In this document: positions 59,658 to 64,000 of the stretch, in pieces
Layout of the letters: each line of letters opens with the position of its first letter
Position numbering within the stretch: the first letter of the stretch is position 1
IMG/VR virus record: IMGVR_UViG_3300032294_002710
Location: 32,001 to 96,000 of that record
Source of the DNA: a virus
Reading direction: 5' to 3' (one strand)
DNA: 64,000 bases
The notes under the pieces: model-generated
Told to the model about the DNA's origin: nothing
The model's input: only the letters and a program-made list of their open reading frames with translations
Databases searched by the model: none
Program-made: the position numbers and the translations under genes

Positions 59658-59918
59658 GCAAACATAGCGATAGGTTGAGTTACTTCGAAATACAATTCAA
59701 TTTAACACAGATCGACTGAGAGCTAATCCAAGCAATCAGGTTTATAGTGAAACAATAAGATATAGACAAAAAAGGATAGAATAGTTCACTTAATGGACTC
59801 AAGAATTTACTACTTCTTGTAACTAAAGGGTAGGATAAGATGTAAATCCTAAAGAACATCGGTCCCAGACCTCGAGATGAGGTCCGGACGACACCTCAGT
59901 CTAGATTTCCTTGTTTGC
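59658..59918 (+). ncRNA. Y-RNA-like element 2 (long)
   Basis: Closing stems gcaaaca/tgtttgc and taggttgag/ctcagtcta; GTTACTTCG at 59679; internal hairpin gacctc-gagat-gaggtc. Confidence 0.6.
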
Positions 59919-59935
59919 GACATTTATATATCAAT

Positions 59936-59972
59936 GACCAGATTTACCAAAAGTAAATCTGGTCTTTTTTTT
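59936..59972 (+). terminator. Intrinsic terminator immediately upstream of the Ro60 gene
   Basis: gaccagatttac-caaaa-gtaaatctggtc followed by T8. Confidence 0.88.
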
Positions 59973-59993
59973 GAACAAAATTAAAATTAATAT

Positions 59994-61442
59994 ATGGCAA
60001 AGTTTAACACAACAGTACCAAAACAAAAAACACTAACTACTAATTTAGCTGGTGGACAGGCTTATCAACAATCAAGTGAGTTGGAATTGGTTTCAATCCT
60101 TTTAACTTCATTTGTTAGTGACCAATTTTATCGTCAATCTGGTGATACTTTAGAAAGAGTTAAAACTCTTTTAGATAAAGTTAATCCTAAATTTGCGGCT
60201 AAGACTGCAATTTTTGCTCGTGATAAGTTTGGAATGAGAAGTATTACACACGCTTTAGCTGGTGAGCTAACCTCAAAACTTGGTGGTCATGAGTGGTCAA
60301 AGGACTTCTATGATAAAGTTGTTGTTCGTGTTGATGATATGACTGAAATTATGTCTTACTATCTTGAGAATAAAACAGATAAGTCTAAACCAAAGTTTCC
60401 AAATGCTTTGAAGAAAGGATTTGCATCAGCTTTTGATAAATTTGATAACTATCAAATTGCTAAGTATAAGAATGAAAATAAAGAAGTAAAACTTGTTGAT
60501 ATTGTGAATTTGGTTCACCCAGTTCCTACTACTTCAAATAAGGATGCTCTTTCAAAACTTGTTGCTGGTAATCTGAAGTCTACAGATACTTGGGAATCTA
60601 AACTTTCTAAGGCTGGTCAAGAAGCATCTAATGATGAAGAATTGACACAATTGAAGTCTGATGCTTGGGGAGAACTTCTTACTACAAGAAAAATTGGATA
60701 CTTTGCACTTCTTAGAAACCTAAGAAATATTATTAATCAAGCTCCACAATTTGTTGGACTTGCTTGTGACCTATTGGTTGATGAAAAAATGATTAAGTCA
60801 AGTCGTGTTCTTCCATTCAGATTTGCAACTGCTTATGAAGAGATTTCTAAATTAGGATCTTCTTCTGATGTTAGAAAGGTTATGACTGCATTACACCAGG
60901 CTTTGGACATTTCATCTGTAAATATTCCTAAGTTCGATGGTGAGACATTAGTAGTACTTGATGTATCAGGATCTATGAGTGGTAAACCATCTGAGATAGC
61001 TTCTCTTTTTGGAGCTATGTTGGCTAAGGCTAATAACTGTGATGTTATGACATTTGCTACAAGTGCTAGTTATAAGTCTTATAACCCAATGGACTCAATA
61101 CTTACTATTAGAAATGGATTCCGCTTCTCTGGTGGTGGTACGAACTTTAAGGATATATTCTTAAAGGCTAATAAGAAATATGACCGTGTTATTATCTTAT
61201 CAGATATGCAAGGTTGGATGGGTTATACAACACCAGCTTCTGAATTTAATCTTTATAAGAAGAAATTCAACTGTAATCCTTATGTTTACTCTTGGGATTT
61301 GGCTGGACTTGGTACAATGCAACTTCCAGAAAGTAATGTATTTGCATTAGCTGGATTTAGTGATAAGGTATTTGATATTATGAAGTGGCTTGAAACAGAT
61401 AGAAATACACTTTATAAAATGATAAATGATATAGAAATCTAA
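59994..61442 (+). CDS. rsr: Ro60/TROVE-domain RNA-binding protein with vWA domain
   Basis: TNLAGGQAY, FARDKFGMRS, TWE, ALLRNLRN, SRVLPFRF, MIDAS DVSGSM, GGGT, LSDMQ. Confidence 0.93.
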   Translation: MAKFNTTVPKQKTLTTNLAGGQAYQQSSELELVSILLTSFVSDQFYRQSGDTLERVKTLLDKVNPKFAAKTAIFARDKFGMRSITHALAGELTSKLGGHEWSKDFYDKVVVRVDDMTEIMSYYLENKTDKSKPKFPNALKKGFASAFDKFDNYQIAKYKNENKEVKLVDIVNLVHPVPTTSNKDALSKLVAGNLKSTDTWESKLSKAGQEASNDEELTQLKSDAWGELLTTRKIGYFALLRNLRNIINQAPQFVGLACDLLVDEKMIKSSRVLPFRFATAYEEISKLGSSSDVRKVMTALHQALDISSVNIPKFDGETLVVLDVSGSMSGKPSEIASLFGAMLAKANNCDVMTFATSASYKSYNPMDSILTIRNGFRFSGGGTNFKDIFLKANKKYDRVIILSDMQGWMGYTTPASEFNLYKKKFNCNPYVYSWDLAGLGTMQLPESNVFALAGFSDKVFDIMKWLETDRNTLYKMINDIEI

Positions 61443-61443
61443 T

Positions 61444-61471
61444 AAAAAAACCCTCATTTGAGGGTTTTTTT
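61444..61471. terminator. Bidirectional intrinsic terminator
   Basis: aaaaaaaccctc-attt-gagggttttttt. Confidence 0.85.
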
Positions 61472-62219
61472 ATTTTCCTAATATTTCATTACAATAGCCA
61501 TCTTCATAAGCAGATATTGCATCTGATAGTTCTTGTTTATTATAACTTAGTCTACCATCACTATAAGTAGCTACTACTATTATTTCATCATCAGTTACGA
61601 ATCCGATAACTGTAGTATCATCGATATTTTGAGTATCTATTAAGATTTTTGCTTCTACAACTCCATAACCTTCAAGTTTTTTAATAACATCTTCTACTGC
61701 CTTTCTAGTCGGATTATCTTTTTTATTAAATTCTTCTTTTGCTAATCTATAATCATCAGTTGATATCTCTTGCGTTACCTGTATCGTTTGTGATATTTCT
61801 CTAAAATCTTTAGAATTATTTCCAGCTCCCCAGAATGGTACTTGAGTAATACTATTGAAGTTTATCTGAATATCTTCCGCATTTTTAAATCTGTCAAGAC
61901 AAATATTAAATTGTGTTATAAAATTTGTTTGATCTTCTAGAAATTTTAAGTAAGATGATGTTGATATTTTGTGTTTTTCAAAGTTATAAGGATTTTTAAT
62001 ATTTTTTAATATTTGAATGTTGTAATATAATTTAATTCCACCTTTTATCTCATTAATAAAATGACATTCGCTTTTAAATTCTGATCCTTCATCTAATAAC
62101 TCCAAGAAATAGTCTTTAATTACCTCATCCGGTATTTTATGTTTATTCTTAACCTCCTCACATTCCTCACTATCTGAGAAATTTAGAGCTTCAAAAAATT
62201 TATGAAATTTCTTAATCAT
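61470..62219 (-). CDS. Hypothetical protein with IKKFHKFFEA N-terminus
   Basis: 249-aa ORF. Confidence 0.6.
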   Translation of the reverse strand: MIKKFHKFFEALNFSDSEECEEVKNKHKIPDEVIKDYFLELLDEGSEFKSECHFINEIKGGIKLYYNIQILKNIKNPYNFEKHKISTSSYLKFLEDQTNFITQFNICLDRFKNAEDIQINFNSITQVPFWGAGNNSKDFREISQTIQVTQEISTDDYRLAKEEFNKKDNPTRKAVEDVIKKLEGYGVVEAKILIDTQNIDDTTVIGFVTDDEIIVVATYSDGRLSYNKQELSDAISAYEDGYCNEILGK

Positions 62220-63049
62220 TTAAATTTTCTGTTTTTAATAATCATTTTAGTGTGTGTTGAATGATTTAGTTCAACATTGAAGTCTTTCTTAACTTGTTGC
62301 TTTAGGAATGGTAATAGGAAATCTTCTTCATAAACAATCTTATATTCAGATGGTATTTTAGATTTTACCGTTTCTAAAGATACTGGAAGATAGTTCTCAT
62401 TAACCTCTCTATCCCAGTTATCTGTAAACCTATATTTCATCAAGTAGTGTACAAATGTTCTATAATTATCACTAATAGTTCCCCATTTTTTTTCAAATGA
62501 GTCTAAATAAAATTTATCAGATTTGGATCTGACTTTTCTAACATCATCTTTGAATTGACTAATCTCTTGTCTGTCTATTTCTAAAGATGGGATCATATCT
62601 CTAATTGTGATATATTTAAAATCACCACCAAAGACCTGTTCGTTCCAAAATTTAGAAATAACATTTGGTCTTGAATATGAGTATACCTCATGAATTACAG
62701 AGCTTAAATTTAACAAAGGATTTTTAAATCCAGTTGTTAGTCTAACCGCTTCGTTCCAATTATTAGTGAATAGTCCTTTTTTGCCTAATCTTGACTTGGC
62801 TTTGGATAACATTGTGTCATCTAAATCATATCCTACTAATTTAACACCAGGATTTATTTTTGATAACTCTTCTAAAAATGTTCCATCTGCACATCCAAAG
62901 TCGACAATTACATCAAAGTTCAACATCTCAGTGAAGAATAATTTATCCCTCATCGAGTAATTCATTCCATCGATGTATGATTGTAAATTTGATATTGGTT
63001 TTTCACCAACTAACTCTTCTAAAAATAACTTCCAATTGAGTATATTCAT
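62216..63049 (-). CDS. Class I SAM-dependent methyltransferase
   Basis: IVDFGCADG, VGYD, LSSVIHEVYSY. Confidence 0.8.
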   Translation of the reverse strand: MNILNWKLFLEELVGEKPISNLQSYIDGMNYSMRDKLFFTEMLNFDVIVDFGCADGTFLEELSKINPGVKLVGYDLDDTMLSKAKSRLGKKGLFTNNWNEAVRLTTGFKNPLLNLSSVIHEVYSYSRPNVISKFWNEQVFGGDFKYITIRDMIPSLEIDRQEISQFKDDVRKVRSKSDKFYLDSFEKKWGTISDNYRTFVHYLMKYRFTDNWDREVNENYLPVSLETVKSKIPSEYKIVYEEDFLLPFLKQQVKKDFNVELNHSTHTKMIIKNRKFK

Positions 63050-63068
63050 AATATTATATATTATGAAA

Positions 63069-63839
63069 TTATTTCCAAATAGTGCCTAGATCTATTTTAG
63101 CAGTTACATCTATTATTTGTGAATCCTTTCTAAGTGAATATTTACCGATGATTGAGAGCCTTTTGATAATTTTTCTAATTTTATTTTTATCGGAATCTTC
63201 CATATCGTGATTGAAAATTTGAATTAGATTTTCAATTTCATCAAATGTTAAATATGATTTATGTCCTAAAAAATATAAAAAATCATAAGAGTAGTTATTA
63301 TAAACTTCAGATCCTGATTTATTAGACATACTAATCAAAAATTGAGTAAGTGAGTTTTCTACACCGATAGATGGTACTGAATATTTATATCCATCAAAAT
63401 TAAATTCACGACTTTTTTCATCATATTTTTCAATGATATCTTCATCTAATTTACAATAATTAAATGTCGATGATTCAAATTTAATTTGTTCTTCTTTACC
63501 AATTGTGTCATTGAAAAAGTTTAATGTGACTGGTTTATTGTTAGTAAACTTAACAATTTCTAAAAACAGATATACAACATCTATGCTTTTAATGTCGTTG
63601 TAAGAATATCCATTAGATAATATAACATTTTTTTCAACAATTTTTTTAAGTCTTGTTACTACAATTCCTAAATCTTCTTTATCGTATTTGTGTTCATATT
63701 CTATTATATCTTCTAAATCAGCTTTTTTAATATAAACTTCGAAATCACTCTTGTAGAAAAACCCCTGAGATGGTAATTGAAAAGTTTCTATTTTTTTCTG
63801 AATATTTAATATTCCTTTTATTATGTTAAATAGGCTCAT
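63069..63839 (-). CDS. Baseplate hub subunit, gp26-like
   Basis: LPSQGFFY near the N-terminus and D..YLFLEI motif. Confidence 0.6.
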   Translation of the reverse strand: MSLFNIIKGILNIQKKIETFQLPSQGFFYKSDFEVYIKKADLEDIIEYEHKYDKEDLGIVVTRLKKIVEKNVILSNGYSYNDIKSIDVVYLFLEIVKFTNNKPVTLNFFNDTIGKEEQIKFESSTFNYCKLDEDIIEKYDEKSREFNFDGYKYSVPSIGVENSLTQFLISMSNKSGSEVYNNYSYDFLYFLGHKSYLTFDEIENLIQIFNHDMEDSDKNKIRKIIKRLSIIGKYSLRKDSQIIDVTAKIDLGTIWK

Positions 63840-63849
63840 GTTTTTAATT

Positions 63850-64000
63850 TTAATTTTCTTCTAGAAATAAATAAATAGTGTCACAAAAATCTTCAATTTT
63901 TACCTCATCTGATAAGTTATTTGGGTGAAGCATGTGAATTTTTATTAAATCTTTTTTAATATCGTATTTAATATTTATTATATAATGTTCTCCTCTGTAA
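63850..64000 (-). CDS. 3' end of a gene running off the window
   Basis: Open frame ...YRGEHYIINIKYD...FLEEN* ending at TAA 63850-63852. Confidence 0.55.
   Translation of the reverse strand, partial: YRGEHYIINIKYDIKKDLIKIHMLHPNNLSDEVKIEDFCDTIYLFLEEN

Noticed and set aside
1-64000. Genome-wide stop-codon reassignment (UGA or UAG)
   Set aside because: Conserved genes are intact under code 11; nrdA ends at TGA right after its canonical C-terminus, and 23698-24447 ends at TAG.
1-64000. Eukaryotic giant virus origin (suggested by GSII, NEIL1-like and RFC-like genes)
   Set aside because: T4-like portal, capsid, protease and baseplate genes, tmRNA, a bacterial-type release factor and intrinsic terminators indicate a bacteriophage.

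Overview
A 64-kb, very AT-rich segment of a jumbo/huge phage with T4-like (myovirus) architecture. It contains baseplate and tail genes, a clamp loader, a gp55-like late sigma factor, gp4 and gp2, portal, a protease-scaffold fusion, major capsid, a split family-B DNA polymerase, two helicases, nrdAB and thyA. Auxiliary metabolic genes include gmd, glnII and cysK. TAnnTTTG promoters suggest a Bacteroidota host (inference). The standard genetic code applies, since TGA and TAG both end genes. The ORF track misses three elements: a tmRNA (21426-21796), two Y-RNA-like elements upstream of a Ro60/TROVE gene, and a short RF1-like release factor (27164-27841) interrupted by an in-frame UGA. The main candidate novel systems are: (1) that release factor with an upstream mini-ORF using the same ATT-TGA-CT stop context and a hairpin, possibly a termination-sensing readthrough switch; (2) four scattered, degenerate copies of capsid, portal and prohead-protease segments that share a short K-I-x-x-(I/L)-L helix; (3) a possible Y-RNA-coupled terminator/antiterminator controlling ro60; (4) about 16 proteins with a T4-like capsid-targeting N-terminus, mostly behind a TAATATATA late promoter. 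All homology calls were made by eye from motifs; no searches were run.
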